Source of the DNA: Lingula anatina
Lineage: Eukaryota > Animalia > Brachiopoda
Assembly (NCBI GenBank): GCA_051362555.1
Contig: CM120647.1
Span: forward strand, 13,430,651 to 13,494,650
Reading direction: 5' to 3'
Length of the DNA: 64,000 bases
The notes under the pieces are model-generated. The model worked only from the letters and a program-made list of their open reading frames with translations. It was not told where the DNA came from and made no database searches. The translations under genes and the position numbers were made by a program. Below are positions 13,390 to 26,952 of this stretch, in pieces. Within the stretch, counting starts at the first letter, position 1; every line of letters starts with the position of its first letter.

Positions 13390-14667
13390 TCGCATGCGCA
13401 GAGCTAGTCATACCTGAGTAACACTTCCAGGATCCCATAATAAAGGTTCCCTGTTGACCAACGTGTCTGACACTGCACCGTGGACCACAGGGCCCAGTTC
13501 CCAGTCTCCACGCTGACCGGTAGTAAAACTCAACCTAATTTGTACAGATAATGATAATAATTATTATAATTATAGCTCATCACTTGTCTATCAATTTATC
13601 ATAATAACAATAATAATAACATCAATAATAACAACAGAGATTTGAACTAGGCCGTTCCACTTGGACAGATCGACAACTTGATAGCCTGCCTATTATGTAA
13701 GAGAGTCAAGTACCGGTAATCGAAGCGTCCGCGATGGACACGGTCAGTTTAACTAACCAGCAGAGATCGTGCATGTGAAAGGAGCAAAACCTGCTTTAGT
13801 GAGGATCTGTCAGAGTTGGCTAATGAAACGAGTTCGAAGAGAAGCACCTTAATCATCTGCCTGTTTAGTATTTCTTAACAGCAATAACTACGATGTCGGT
13901 AGAAAGGTGGCACTTTTGGACTGGTCGCTGTAATAAGTCGACTTCCAAAAAACGATTAACCCCCTTTAAAAATAAGGTCGATATTTCCTTCTAAAAATTT
14001 AATGTTCAGGGCGTCATTGCGATCTAAGCGTTAGGGGGGTCGTGCTAGTAAAACTAGATTATTTAATAAAAATTGGTTAAAAAAATCATCAAATGCAAGC
14101 GCAGTGGGGATATGAGCAATGATTCGAGAGCAAAAGAATTCTTTCGAGGGAAATTTTGATTTGGCGGGTAAATCCTCGAATAAATTGCATTAACTTTTTC
14201 ATCCCATACAGTACCTTCAGGTGGTCGTTTTTGTGGCATCTCCAGCTGATTGTAGCACCTCGGAAGTGACTCGCTGAAGAGAAGATGAAAAAAAAGACAT
14301 TTACTGAACGACGCACTCGCGCAGAATCGGAACATGCACACTCATTTTAACGTTACACTCCGACAGACCCGAAAGAGTAAGAGTTTGATCTTGCGGTTTT
14401 CGTTATGGCAATAAACTGTTCTTGATAATGGTAATCTCTTCACAAACTACTGCTACCGGCATTTGCATATGTAGATAACCCAGCTTATCAAATGGGATGT
14501 CTAAATTATTGAAACACATAGAAAACAAAGCAAAATATCGTGAATGTGTTACAGAGGTTAACATTGATTAAGTTAGAAAAATCGGACTACAAACCATATG
14601 TGAATGCAGGTATCGCGGAGATGAGTGTTAGAGTAAAATAAAAGGTGGTTGCAGACTGGTGCCACAT
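315..14667 (-). CDS. Secreted mosaic EGF-repeat protein (SHFRG-type N-terminal region + 7 EGF + PAN-like + Cys-rich modules + TSP1); 3'-partial, continues beyond window start
   Basis: Phase-consistent exon chain (minus strand): 14667-14595 ([24 protein letters not shown], signal peptide), 14273-14215 ([11 protein letters not shown]), 13534-13414, 12873/12867-12738, 12157-12017 ([11 protein letters not shown]), 11570-11426 ([17 protein letters not shown]), 11182-11030 ([18 protein letters not shown]), 10186-10050, 9613-9458, 9228-9188. Then phase 1-1 EGF exons 8839-8729, 8159-8046, 7827-7705, 7375-7256, 6886-6773, 4504-4394, 4150-4040 (e.g. [16 protein letters not shown]). Then 3795-3653 and 3320-2933 ([21 protein letters not shown]-like), 2184-2009, 1663-1494, 1204-1086, 746-676 (WSEWSKC..RTRQR, TSP1), 375-315. 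All introns are GT-AG. Confidence 0.85.
875..1014. mobile_element. Short non-autonomous DNA element (CCCAGC...GCTGGG ends, internal AACGTT repeats)
   Basis: Inverted termini cccagc/gctggg enclosing repeated ttataacgttacc units. Confidence 0.5.
2302..2618. mobile_element. Foldback MITE with ~110-bp near-perfect inverted arms
   Basis: 2302-2411 is the reverse complement of 2509-2618 apart from a few mismatches; AATAA flanks both sides (possible 5-bp TSD). Explains the mirror ORFs 2118-2471(+) and 2431-2673(-). Confidence 0.85.
4752..6440 (-). mobile_element. 5'-truncated, frameshifted non-LTR retrotransposon (Rex1/Babar-like, CR1 group) in an intron of the EGF gene
   Basis: RT motifs spread across broken ORFs: [85 protein letters not shown]. 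The 3' end carries short (TCTTA)n repeats near 4752-4770. Confidence 0.92.
12208..12496. mobile_element. Non-autonomous DNA transposon with CAG(T/G)GGCGGA...TCCGCC(A/C)CTG termini (hAT-like MITE)
   Basis: Terminal inverted repeats. A related near-full copy lies at 50646-50922 in the opposite orientation, and partial copies at ~6541-6665 and ~16370-16498 share the internal gactagctaaatcatag/tttctgaaaa sequence. Confidence 0.75.
12989..13203. mobile_element. MITE with ~45-bp TIRs
   Basis: aaaccccctctacacacgacggcgtcctttctgcgtc at the left end is the inverse of gacgcagaaaagacgccgtccagtgtaaagggggttt at the right end. Confidence 0.7.
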
Positions 14668-15308
14668 CGCACTGTTCTTCCTTGCCCTGGTTCTCTTAAA
14701 CTGAGGAATCTGAAACATACACTTAAAGTGCATATATTGGCGTCACAAAACTTGGCAAGTTTGGAAGCTTAGTTGTCTAATGAAATTGCCCAAGCTCTAC
14801 ACAAAGGGGAATCAGACAAAAGAAGTGCACCCACCTGGGCAAGGTGTCAAAACAAGACAATTACACGAACAATAAAACAACAAGTCGGTTTTCCATGATC
14901 GTTGGTGGACTCTTCCATTATATCTCTGCTTTAAATCTAAGACTCAATGGTCCTTGTACAAATTAATCAGGTACTGGGAACATTAAGTACTGTAAGGTGT
15001 CTTGAAGCTTGCAAAGTGTATGAAAGGTTAAAAGTTAGACCCAGCTAAGCACTGTAAGGCACCGTTGTCAATGTCCCTGTGAGCGATGTTATATTTTTTA
15101 CAAATTCGACATTAAAATCGTTACGTTGAAGTTGTTCAGGGAAAATTCAGAGAAAGTCAACAATAGTCAGTTTAAAAGGTTAATGTTGTTGTTCCCGCCA
15201 AAAATTTGTTCACCCTGTGTTTTTTTTCAAACTAAGTAGGAAATTACAGCAAGACGAAGGACTCTTAAGGTGTAAATATTCAAGCTGCAAACTTATCACA
15301 AGGGCGAT

Positions 15309-15617
15309 TAAAGGTACATGTACACTCCATGAGTTTGAAAATCCCCAAATGCTTATCCACAGCCTCTTAATAAAACTTTAAAAAAGATTTAAGTTCTGCA
15401 GCCTACCTGATGTTGATATTACCATTAGAGATTACTAGAAAATGGTTGCTGTTATAATGACTGGCCAGTGCTTCTACGCTAAAATCAACCTTTGTAACTT
15501 TTATATAAGGTCGAATCGAAGTGCAGAGAGGGATAGATAAATGATTCGTGGGTAAAACTTGCTTATTTCCCTGGGAAAAACCACTTTGGCAGGTAAATCT
15601 CATGGAGAGTACCTTTA
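15309..15617. mobile_element. Non-autonomous element with (T)TAAAGGTAC...GTACCTTTA ends (Kolobok-like)
   Basis: taaaggtac..actccatgag and ctcatggagagtaccttta form imperfect TIRs. Confidence 0.5.
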
Positions 15618-16019
15618 CCGATGAGTACGTAGACTCAACTATTTAGCTCAGTGGTAGAATTAACTCAGGATATTTAAAGTTAAATTACGAAGAATAACTT
15701 GACCGGCAGACTTCAAACACATCAAAGTAATCACGCAAAATTACCATTAAAGTGATTGTCTCCGACATAGTACAAACTGTACATTCAAGAACATACAACA
15801 GTGTTATTAGACAAGCCCGGCAAAGGACAATAGGCACTGGCGTCGCAAAACGAGACACGGAGGCACAGATAAGCAATAAACAAAAATAATTACACAGCTT
15901 ACGCAACTCAATATATTTTGAGGCTTTTATAAGTCGAAGAGAGCGGAATATATGTAGCTTTATTAAGGCTTACATACGTCTCTTTTTTTCTGTTATTTTG
16001 TGAGGAATTATTAATACAC

Positions 16020-16072
<53 letters not shown>

Positions 16073-16787
16073 CTGTCAACATAAGAGTTACAAACAAAAG
16101 AAATAAACTGCCGGACTGTGTCATAAATACAGAATCACTAAATGACTTCAATGGTAAACTTTACAACAGACACTGGTCAAAAAGGCTCTTCTTCCTGAGA
16201 CCATGTGGTAAGCAGGGCAGATCCAGAACGTTTGAAGGGGGTCCAGTTTCTTAGGGATTGACAGGCCTTGGATTGCGAGGCTGACCCTCACCTCCATGGT
16301 TTCAGATTCGTGGGCACGCTCGAGGGCCCCCGAAAAGAAATTGGTGTCTTGGAGGTCAAACGGGGCCATTTAGTACAGTTTAGAATTATGATTCAGCTAG
16401 ACATATTTTTGGTGCGTTTTTTTAAATCAGAAATCGAAGGAGGGGGGGGGGGGGGGGGGGTCAGGACCTCCCTGACACCACCCCTAAATCCCCCGCTGGT
16501 AAATACACATATCTACAGACAGACATCTAACACTGACCGACCACAGAGGAGAGCGGACAGCTCAGGTTTTTACCATTTGGACCTGGGTTGTCCAGTTGTC
16601 CTGGCTCTGAAGCTGACATTGAATACGTGGGGAAATGGACCCCTGGCCACACACTGTCACTTCAGACCAATAACGTTTCTCTGGACTCGCGAAACGCATC
16701 AATACGTGGCCCTCGCTACTTTTTCTTATTTCGTTTATCGTGTGTGTTGACTTTGAACAATTCTTAACTCATCATGAGACTTCTTAC

Positions 16788-16980
16788 CTGTGTCCATCCC
16801 ATGCCGCCTTGATGTGTCCACCATTTTGAACCTCCATGGTCAAGGTCGAGCTGAGCTGCAGTCGTAACGTGGAGAGGTCCCGAGTTAACTAAGCCATGCG
16901 ACCAGCCAAACACAGCGGAGGATCTGACGCCACGGAATCGCGATCTTTTGACTTTGTCATGGGACAGCGGTTGGGACTAG
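16788..16980 (-). other. Probable upstream (mostly 5' UTR) exon of the EGF-repeat gene
   Basis: GC-richer block ending in a strong donor CAG|GTAAGA at 16788. It would splice to the TTTCAG acceptor at 14709; in phase 0 it could add MGWTQ. The 5' boundary is a guess. Confidence 0.45.
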
Positions 16981-17989
16981 AGATTTAGAGAGAATTACTT
17001 CGATGATTGTGAAGGACTGTGGTTATAGAACCGTGTCGGAGATGACGAGTGTTCGTGTCTCTCTTCAACGCGAGTTGCTTCATTGTGATCGCCATGCTCT
17101 GTTACCCTTTACCATGTCCATACATGTATTATCACTTTTCACGTATAGTTAGTTAAATGGATTTATTTTCGTGACAATGCCGAATATATACAAATATAAT
17201 ACAATAATGTGATTATATAAGTAACGGCCCAGCCCTATGGGCTTACAAAGTCACCGGTTACCAAACACTAATTATATAGAAGCTTCTTTCTGACCTGATA
17301 GCAATTAAAGAGAAACCTCGCTGTTCTTCTATGAAAATCTGTAAAAAGCACTTGAGGTCTCTCTTAAACCTCTTCCAGGTCATATATTAAACATATTAAA
17401 CATATTCCAATAATTTTTTTCTGGCTAATTCTGTGTACATGTCTGCACTGCGATCAATGAGAAATTTCGCACCGAATTGCCGTCATCATTTACATGTAGC
17501 TGCGCTCTGGTAGAGAGTGATACTTTTTTTTTTTGCTGTGCGAAGGCGACAGAGCAACAATATAGCCGAATAAAAATGACAAAAGCACCCTTTGGTCTAT
17601 TGAAAAACATATCTACACGAATGAAGTAATTTATAAACTTAGTCCTATTCATTCTTTAGAACAAAGTGCGTGAGTATTAATAATCTCTGCTTGCGATGTC
17701 GTGTTGGATTTATTAAAGACACACTGCATGAGATGTACCCGCCATAATGGATTTTCCCTGGAAAATATCATTTATCTATCCCTATCTGCACTTGGATTTG
17801 ACCTTTGATAAAAGTTTGGTGTTAGCTTAAAATGACTGGCCAGTCATTATAGCAGCGACCATCTTCCTATATGCTTCCTATGTAAATATCAACATCAAGT
17901 ACGCTCCAGAATAAATCATTTGAGGGCTTAAATCGTTTTTTAATGTGTATGTAAGATTTATAAGAAGCTGTGGATGGCAAAAATAAGTA

Positions 17990-18213
17990 CTTGGGGAAAT
18001 TTTTCAAACTAGTGGAGTGAACCTTAAACCGTGAAACCGCACGTGGTACCGTGACAAGAGAGGATCCTGAACCAGTCGTGTACATTTATATTAAAAAAAC
18101 AAAAAACAAAGGGACATTACTTCCTGCCATTCTTTTTTCTCGACAAGAAAAAGCACAATTTCTCCCTCTCACGAACCATTGCTCGACCCATATGTACACA
18201 TAGAAAAAAAAAA

Positions 18214-18260
<47 letters not shown>

Positions 18261-18771
18261 ATCTTAAAGAACTTCAGGTGAAAAAATGAGTGTGTATTCG
18301 TATGATAAATTACCAGCACAATAAACACGTACTAAAGGTCAAACATCAGAGAAAGGAGGGAGCAAGAACAAACACAAAACAAGATATTATGGTGAAATGA
18401 GAGAACACAATAAGCATTTGGGTAAATTTTCAAACCAATGGAGTGAACCTTTAGTTGTGACAAGAGTGGATCCTGAGCCAATCTTGTACATTTATATTTA
18501 AAAAAAACGGACTTTACTTCCTTCCATTTTTTTTCTCGAGAAGAAAAAGTACAATTCCTCCCTCTCACGAACCATTGCTCGATCCACATGGAAATTAATA
18601 ATCATGTAAGATAGATAATTAAATCTTAAAGAATTACAGGTGAAAAAAATTAGTGTGTATTCGTATGATAAATTACCAGCACAATATACACGTACTAAAG
18701 GTCAAACATCAGAGAAAGGAGGGAGCAAGAACAAACACAAAACAAGATATTATGGTGAAATGAGAGAACAA
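17990..18771 (+). repeat. Local tandem duplication (two ~350-420-bp units) in the intergenic region
   Basis: Unit 1 ~17990-18410, unit 2 ~18417-18771. Long near-identical blocks include gtgtattcgtatgataaattaccagcacaata and aacaagatattatggtgaaatgagagaaca. Confidence 0.85.
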
Positions 18772-19587
18772 AAAACGTATTCAAAGGTGATACAACGTCC
18801 TGGGTGTTTATTAAAAAATTGAACAGTGAAGTTACTATCCCAATTTCCACGCACGGAGGGTCTTAACCAGATGAAATCCAGGACGTGAGAGGACAGACAG
18901 CAATACGGCTTGGAATGTCATTTTTAATTCTCTTCCTCAAGGCTGTCACAGAAAACAGTGCTATCATCGTGTTGTTCGTGTTTAGGAGAGACCCACTCTA
19001 GTGTTACCCAGTGATCATCACGGTACAGTTAAACATTTTATTCCCCTACCCCTGGCTCTTAATAAGAGAGTTACCATCCCGATTTTCGTGCACAGATGAA
19101 AATTTTATTTTATTTGAAATAAAAAACCCGGACCATTTCATTATCAGTATGCAGTTAGGCTAACATTGCATCAGGTTATTTGAGGACGTCGTCGGTTGTT
19201 ATCCCACATTATCCAGCTGGTGATTACAGCAATTACTGATTGATATACCAGCAGTGCATGTGTACCATTCTTTACATGCTCAGACAATATCAGACAGCAT
19301 CAGGGCGGTATACCCGCCATATTGACCTTGGCTGTCCGCACATGCTCAGTGTGACCGCTGCGGTCACGTTTGTCACATTTGATGGGCAGGTTTATTGGAT
19401 GGGCGGAGCTGGGTGCCGTTTATTGCCTGTGCTGTAGTAGACCTTTCACAACCTTTCACCGAAGAACTGAAGTGCGTGAATGTTGTGAAAGGGGTCTTCT
19501 TCAAAGGTTTTTTGTCAGTTCTTAGAATTATTCCAGAACAGAAAGACGAGATAACGTCAAATACCTCAGACTGTGTGTTGTGTGAAT

Positions 19588-19650
19588 GACAATACAATAC
19601 AATACAATACAATACAATACAATACAATACAATACAATACAATACAATAC
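19588..19650. repeat. (CAATA)n microsatellite
   Basis: Perfect pentamer run. Other simple repeats: (GA)n 13328-13387, (TAAA)n 16019-16071, (TAATA)n 21031-21113, mixed A/TA/TAA 25013-25197, (TA)n 42674-42740. Confidence 0.95.
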
Positions 19651-20401
19651 GGTGCGAAAGAATACAATTAAGTTTATTGCATGTTTGAAACTTAAAAAAT
19701 ATAACATCAGCTGGATGGCTATTAACTACCTATCACTGTCTGGATTCAAACGCAGAACAGAAGGTTGTAATAAAAAGTTTGTCAGGCAAAAATAAGAGCG
19801 ACGTCTGACTTAATGTGAATAATACATGACCTGAGGGCATCTTCTTAGATGACTTTTTTTTTCGAAACCGATGGAACAGTTTTCTTTGAGAATGTGGGCA
19901 GCCTGACTGGTTATGTTAAACGTGTGGTGGAGCATACAGGTAAAGCATATCTCTGCTGCTTTCAGTCATACCCCCTCCCCCCCCCCCCCCCCCCCCCCGC
20001 ACACACACACGGACAAAGATGAAAAAGAAATAACATGAAGGAATAGATTTATAGATAATTTATTCATCGTATTATTTAATGGAAAAAAACAATAGAGTGA
20101 AGGAGTGATAGCAGGACGATAAAGCTAGCCAGTGCATTCCTCTCTGATTGCGTTTTGATATAGACAAAATTGCACAACAGCACTTTCCATGCGAAAAACT
20201 AAAAAAAAAAAAAAACTGACCATATTGACTACTTCTACAATTTTTGATCCATAATATATCATGTGATAAAAAAGCCCCACTTTTGTGGAATAATTTTATT
20301 TAAATGTTTTATTATAATATTTGGCAATTTGGCACCCCGACGTTCGCTCTGTCTCTCTCTTTATCTCCCTCTTTCTCTTTCCCTCTTTCTCTCTCTTTCT
20401 C

Positions 20402-20441
<40 letters not shown>

Positions 20442-21463
20442 TCGAAAAACACACTGACATTAGCCATAAGAACCAACGGCAAATTGCATATGTCAACGCA
20501 AAAGTACAAAGGAGGCGCCAGATTTTTTTTTGGTAAACGAAATTGCACCTAAACATACCACATATGTTCCATTCATTGCTACATGTTGTAAGTCTCCCTC
20601 AGTAACTTATATAACAGCGGTATTTGGAACCACCCTTTACCAGGTGTCCCCTTGTTACATTGCACCATGCCAGACAAAGGGAGCGTTCCCATAAAACCAT
20701 CGTATTAGCTGGATCCATCTAACTCTGAGGGGTTTCTCGCTAAATTCCATTTAGTGTAAGCGGCTTTAATGTCTGGCACGCCTACTCGAGGTGCTACGGG
20801 GTATTTAACGATAGTCAATTAACGATAGTTAATTACCCCCCGCCCCAGACAATCAAAGGGACGTGTCAGACAATTAAGCTTATTAGGCTGAAAGCACTTA
20901 AGTTGGAAACCCGGCAGAGTTAGATCCATTCAGCTAGATGGGTTTATGGGAACGCAGTCAAAGTTTAGTTGGTTCCAATGGTTGTCTACAGGTTGAGCCA
21001 CTTCTGCAGAGTTCGACTTCCTCTTTCACAAATATAATATAATATAATATAATATAATATAATATAATATAATATAATATAATATAATATAATATAATAT
21101 AATATAATATAATCAGATCTATAGCCAGAATTTTTAAAGGAGAATCTTTTTCTTTAATGTAGTGGACCCTTTAACCGCATTGCATAGAACCTAGATCAAA
21201 GTGAGATTGAAAACATTTTTTTTCAGCAAAAAAGGCGGTTTGTTAACTGCGCCCCCCCCCACCACCACCAACGTTTCTCCACCCACGGCGTACAAATCTG
21301 ACAATATAACAAACCACAAAATATAAAATAAAGTGTGTTTGCGTGTGCGTTTTTTTATTACTAAATTTACTGCTAAATTCGATCTCTGCTGCAGAGGGTA
21401 CTAAGGGAATTGCTCATGCCACCTGCTGTTGGATTATTGGTAATTTGCATATATGTATACATA

Positions 21464-21473
21464 TATATATAAG
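21464..21473 (+). promoter_or_regulatory. Candidate TATA box of oxidase copy 1
   Basis: TATATAAG about 50 bp upstream of the signal-peptide ATG at 21522; it lies within a TA-rich run, so may be coincidental. Confidence 0.4.
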
Positions 21474-21521
21474 TCGTAGCCAGCATCCCAGAAGACCCAA
21501 GAGACTGGTGCAGCCAATGTA

Positions 21522-22185
21522 ATGGAAACTCATATCGTCTTGCTGTGTCTCGCGGTGATAGGCTTGAATTCCGTCACGAAAGTCGGTAAGTACTGCCATT
21601 TATTTTGCCAATTTTTCATTTTCTTTTTTTTAAAAAAATCTTGCTGTATCATTGCAATTCAATGGCTTTACTGTTTTTTAGGAAGCGATCTTGTTTCCGT
21701 TCTTGTATTAGCTGTCTACTGGTTTACAGTATATGTAACCATTTCTTATTGCTTGTGTTACTGCAAGCAGTAAATAAGGAAGAGAAAAAAGTGAAAATGT
21801 GATCCAGTTTTAACATAGTATTAAATTAGGATAATTAAAGTTTAGTGGATTTAACTGTTGAAATCTGCATGGACAATGACCGTAGTGTATTGTTTATATT
21901 TATTTAACTGCCAGTGTTCGAAGAACAATTTCTTCCTCCTTATAAGGCCTTATTTCATAGGCTAACTTGCAAATATATAGCAAACGTTTGTATGAATTAT
22001 GAATGATAAAAAAATAATAATAAAACAGGGGCGGATCCGGATATATTTTCTGACAGTCTTCCAAATTATCTTTGTTGATCCATCCTCCATTTTTGACCGT
22101 CTTCCGACAGAGAAAACAAATTAGACACCCGTTAATGTAAACTTGAAAATCTGACCAAGAAGACGGCCTCAATCCGCCCCTGAAA

Positions 22186-22221
<36 letters not shown>

Positions 22222-25042
22222 AAAACCTACGCCTGACTAGACAAAAGCTCTAAACCATTTACTTTTAATCCTGAAAATCCTAATTGCTATAAAAGCACAT
22301 AGAGTTACCGAATCTGGTCCGACAGTTTTGACAGCAACGGTTTGACAGCAGAAATAGACTTGCAGACAACTAAAATAAAAACACTACCAGGCCATTCTGG
22401 TGCTCTTTCTGGTAATTTTTTCTTCCTTTCCCAACAACTCTGTGTTTTAACTTCTTACTGTTTGAGTGGACGTGACTGATATTGGCCTCGTCGAGCGCGG
22501 CGATTATGTTAAGTCGGGCAAGAAGTTTACAACTTCTCGAGTCGGGTTTGAACCAGAGTGTAGACGACTATTTTATTATTATTATCATCATATTTTTTGA
22601 CAGGCTATGAAGTTGTCAAACTCTTAAAGCATGCCGTCACTACAGTGTCACAAAGATATAACGCTCCATGTGAAGAGGACCTTTGTCTCTCCTAAACCTC
22701 CAGTAGTCGGATAATGGAGACATCTGCCGCAGCATTGAGAACACAGGGTTGTGTGTTTGAACCACGTGGAGGGCAATAAGCATTTTTTTCAAATCTCTTT
22801 TTTACACGCAATCCGGTACTCAGTCCTGTTCTGAGCTGAACACCGAAAAAGGAACAAAAAACATCAACTTGTCCACGGTGACAAATGACACCGAATTGTT
22901 CATCTATTCAAAGACCGAGGAAGATAACTATTGTCGTGGGACACAAGCAAACGAATTTTTTAAATGCGATTGCGATACTTTTTCATTAATTTCCTATGAC
23001 AAGTTTTGACAACTGAAAGTTTTAATTACTCTTCATATTTTATGAAGTCAAATAGCGAAAACACCAGCAATTGGCAAACAATGTATGTAATTGAAAAAGA
23101 GGGAAACTTTGAGTCCCTGACTTTTTAAAAGTCTTTGGGGTGATGTAAACGTCCATCTATATGTTTCAGGCCAATTATTTTCGTCAAACTTTTTTTACGA
23201 AAACCAATCTTTTACACAAGGTCAACATACGTCTCTTTGGCGAAATCTGCACGTAGGTTTTCTTTGAAAACTAATTTGATCTCTTTTCTGGTTGTTTTCA
23301 GATGCTTTAGTCCGTCATCACTATGTAGCAGTCAAGGAGATAGACTGGGACTTCGCCCCGCTGGGAAATCAAGTACACAGTCGTCTAGACAGGTATATGA
23401 TCTTTGGACTTTTAACCCTGCTCGGTGACCAGTGTCTTTTGGCCTTTTGCGTGGAAATATTCAGTTAGGATTTTTCCACACGATAGATTGAAAAGTGCGT
23501 AGATAGGTTAATATTAATATTACACTCATTAAAAGCACACGGAGTTTTCGTAGGAGACGTAGAAGCGATTTTTGGAATACTTAATTATATAGTAAAATAA
23601 TATGTGTTTAAAGCATAAAAACATTGTATATAATTATGTTCACTAGACTTTCCAAGGGGCGTTTCACTTTTTATCTAAATTGAATTATGGGTTTTACTTT
23701 GACATTTATATGTATATATTTCTGGTCGTAGTGACACGGCCAAGGTTTTTATGTGATATTCTTTGCCTGAAGAGACACTAAATGCATTTTAATTGGATGC
23801 TACTGGATGGCACGGGCAACGGTAATATTAACAAACCGTTTCATCATTCATTTTGACACAGTCAAGGTTCTTGTATGGAATTCTTTGCAGATAGAGACAA
23901 TTAATACATTTTCATTGCGGTCAATGAAACAAACTGTTTTATCATTGCAGTAAACATTTACTGTGCTAATCTGCGTATCCAGGTCTGGAAATAAGCTGTC
24001 CTTGTCTAATTTATCAATCTATTTTTACCTCTGCAAGTGGCAGATGTTCGTTAATTAGTGCAAATATATCAGGGCACGGTGTCAAACAGTTTGTTTTATG
24101 TACCAAGATGAACTCAGTTCACTAAAATAAACTACAATTTCAGTTCATATTTTAATTAATTAAGGTGACATCTGTACAAGAAATGTGTGCTTATGCTCAC
24201 ACACGCTGTGCAGATTTTAATGTTGCTTAAGTAAGCTCAACACATGTTCTTAATTTCATGGACACATTTGTGACAAACAAACCCAAGGTTTGTAGTTACA
24301 CGGTTCAAATTTTATTTTAAGTGTACCGTGTGTGTGTGTGAAAAAGAAAAAAAAAATGTCAGGGTTATCAAACAACGCAATGTACTGTAGTCTTGGGGGT
24401 TCAACCCCCTTGTACCCGTGGTCGAAGGGTTGTCCTGCCGACAGACCCCACCCACCCCGTGACATCACCAAACTAAGACTGCATTCCCATATATTTAGAT
24501 CGATCCATCCAGATCGACCTAACTCCCTGAGGGTTCACGCTAAATTGATGTCAGCCGAGCGCGCACGGTGGTTAATTACCCCCTTACATCTTTTAGTAGG
24601 CGGGACAGACATTTAAGTCGGCTAAGCTGACAGTAATCTAAAGAGACTCCCCACAGGGATAGATCGATCTAAAATCTGTGGGAATGGGGTCTAACACCCC
24701 ATTTCCATAGATTAGATCGACCTACTTTAGATCGACCTAACTACCTGGGGGTTCACGCTAAATAGCTGTCAGCCGGGCGGACACGAAAGTTAATTACCCG
24801 CTTACAGCTTGTAGTAGGCGGGACGGACATTTAATTATTATCTGAAAGTAATCTCGTGAGACTCCCCGCGGGGATAGATCGATCTAAAATCTATGGGAAT
24901 AGAGCCTAAGACAAAACATAGGCATACGTTACATTGTCACAGCCTAACAGCTTTATTTTGTTTTCCTCGTGATTTTTTTTGGGACATGGGGTCGTGTATT
25001 CACAGCAGTTACCAAAAAAAAAAAAAAAAAAAAAAACAAAAA

Positions 25043-25099
<57 letters not shown>

Positions 25100-25147
25100 A
25101 AATAAATAAAATAAAAGAATAAAAAATAGAAATAAATAAATAAATTA

Positions 25148-25197
<50 letters not shown>

Positions 25198-26906
25198 ATA
25201 GTGCTAGTGCTCAGAAGGGGTTTAACGTGACCACAGCTTTGATAACTCGACATGTCACTGCCTTACGGACGTGTTTTTATTGTACAATTAGAAAGACAAG
25301 TACTGCAAGCTGAACTTAATAACATATGCTGTACATAAGGGCTGATCATTCTTATCAAGTCTCTAAAAAGATAGTGGTAAGCTGCAATTTACTTGCTTGT
25401 CAATCTATGTCGTGTTCATACAATGCGGCCTGGAGGCAGAACTGGGCACAGTGGCGCCAATTGAGGCCGCTTTCACAACCAAAGTTGATCTGCAGAATAA
25501 GAACGCTTTCAGAACAAGAGAACAAGTTGATTCGCGGACCCAATGCAGCGCTGACTTGATATGGCCGACGCACTTAAAAGCAGCGCGGACTAATCCCCTG
25601 ATGGTCTCCCCGCCTCCATACACGGGCCTAACAAATTAAACCTAGGACCTGAGTTTTAAACCGTTTCATGGCGCACGTGTTGGCGGGGAGACCATCAGAG
25701 AATTAGCAGCATCGCTTTTTAGGGGCGTCGGCCATATTAAGTTGGCGGATCAGTTAGTCCGCGGACCATCTGTTCTGAATGCATTCTATCAAATCTGCAG
25801 ATCAAACAGGGCCGGATCATTCCTGTCTGCTTGGGGGTTATGCCTCCCTAAAATAGTTGTAAATTATACTATTGTTCTTCACAAAGCAATAAGCCTTTCC
25901 AAGCATGAAAATATTGATGTGACGAGTGATATGAATTACAGCTACAAAAAAGTTAGACGAATGTTGAAAAAAAAACAGGCATCTCCTTTATTTCCAGACT
26001 TAATAAGGTCTGTCATTCACTGCGTTGTTGCCCGCCATCTACGGATCTTGATCTCGAAAATGATTGTTTACTGTCTGAATGCGATATACATGAAAGAATA
26101 GAGGTGGAACTAACCTTAATGGTGTCTAACTCTCATTATTTAGCCGTCAAGTCAATAATCGCTGTTGCAAAATTTTATCTAGACGCTATGAAAAGAGCTT
26201 TACTCAGCTAGCATTATCTGTAGAAAATTTCACAGTCATTCATTGTTTTTCAGTTATGCCGCCAAGTACCTCGATACTTCTGATCCAAACAGCTTCGGGA
26301 AGGTGTTCAAGAAAGCCGTATACAGGGAATTCACGGACGACACCTTCACCGAGGAAAAACCCCATTCGAAACACCTCGGTACGTTCAATGCACTGTGCAT
26401 TGTATGCAAAGCAGGGGGTGGGGGGGGGGCAGGAGAGGTTAGGGGGTGGGCAAAGTCTTAAACAATGGTTGTTGAATAAGTGGCGATTGTGGTGTATAGT
26501 TGAACTAAAAAGAGGTGGTTATTATTTATAACCGATTATTGGGGTTTACATTTTAACTAAAATTACCACAAAGACCGTGTACATTATTATTATTACACGC
26601 TGTCATAGAAAAAAAAAAAACGTTTTGATATTTCTTGCCGTTCAAGGTCTATTGGGTCCGACCCTTCGAGGCCATATCTCCGACATCATCCGGATCAAAT
26701 TTAAAAACATGGGCAGCCGAGCCTACACCATGCATCCCCATGGCGCCGCCTATCTGAAAAAACACGAAGGTACGAAACGACAAAAAAGGTTCATTTTGTA
26801 TAAATCCGTGGAAAACTTTTGCTTCTTGACTAAAAGAGACCTGGCAGAGGCAGCAATGGCTAGTCGACTAAGCAATTACGCCATATTCTCCACATGAGAC
26901 TAAGAA

Positions 26907-26952
<46 letters not shown>

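Noticed and set aside
15640-15670. TTTAGCTCAGTGGTAGA, a tRNA D-arm/A-box-like motif
   Set aside because: No anticodon or T-arm (GTTCRA) follows; at most a fragment of a tRNA-derived SINE.
20263-20556. Cluster of overlapping ORFs in five frames
   Set aside because: Produced by a (CT)n/(GA)n low-complexity tract lacking stops; the same applies to ORFs at 13093-13421, 19373-19795 and 39841-40148.
24474-24909. Tandem ~220-bp repeats with palindromic cores suggesting a CRISPR-like or structured-RNA array
   Set aside because: No repeat-spacer organisation and no cas genes; eukaryotic context; dispersed copies with TIRs identify it as a MITE family.
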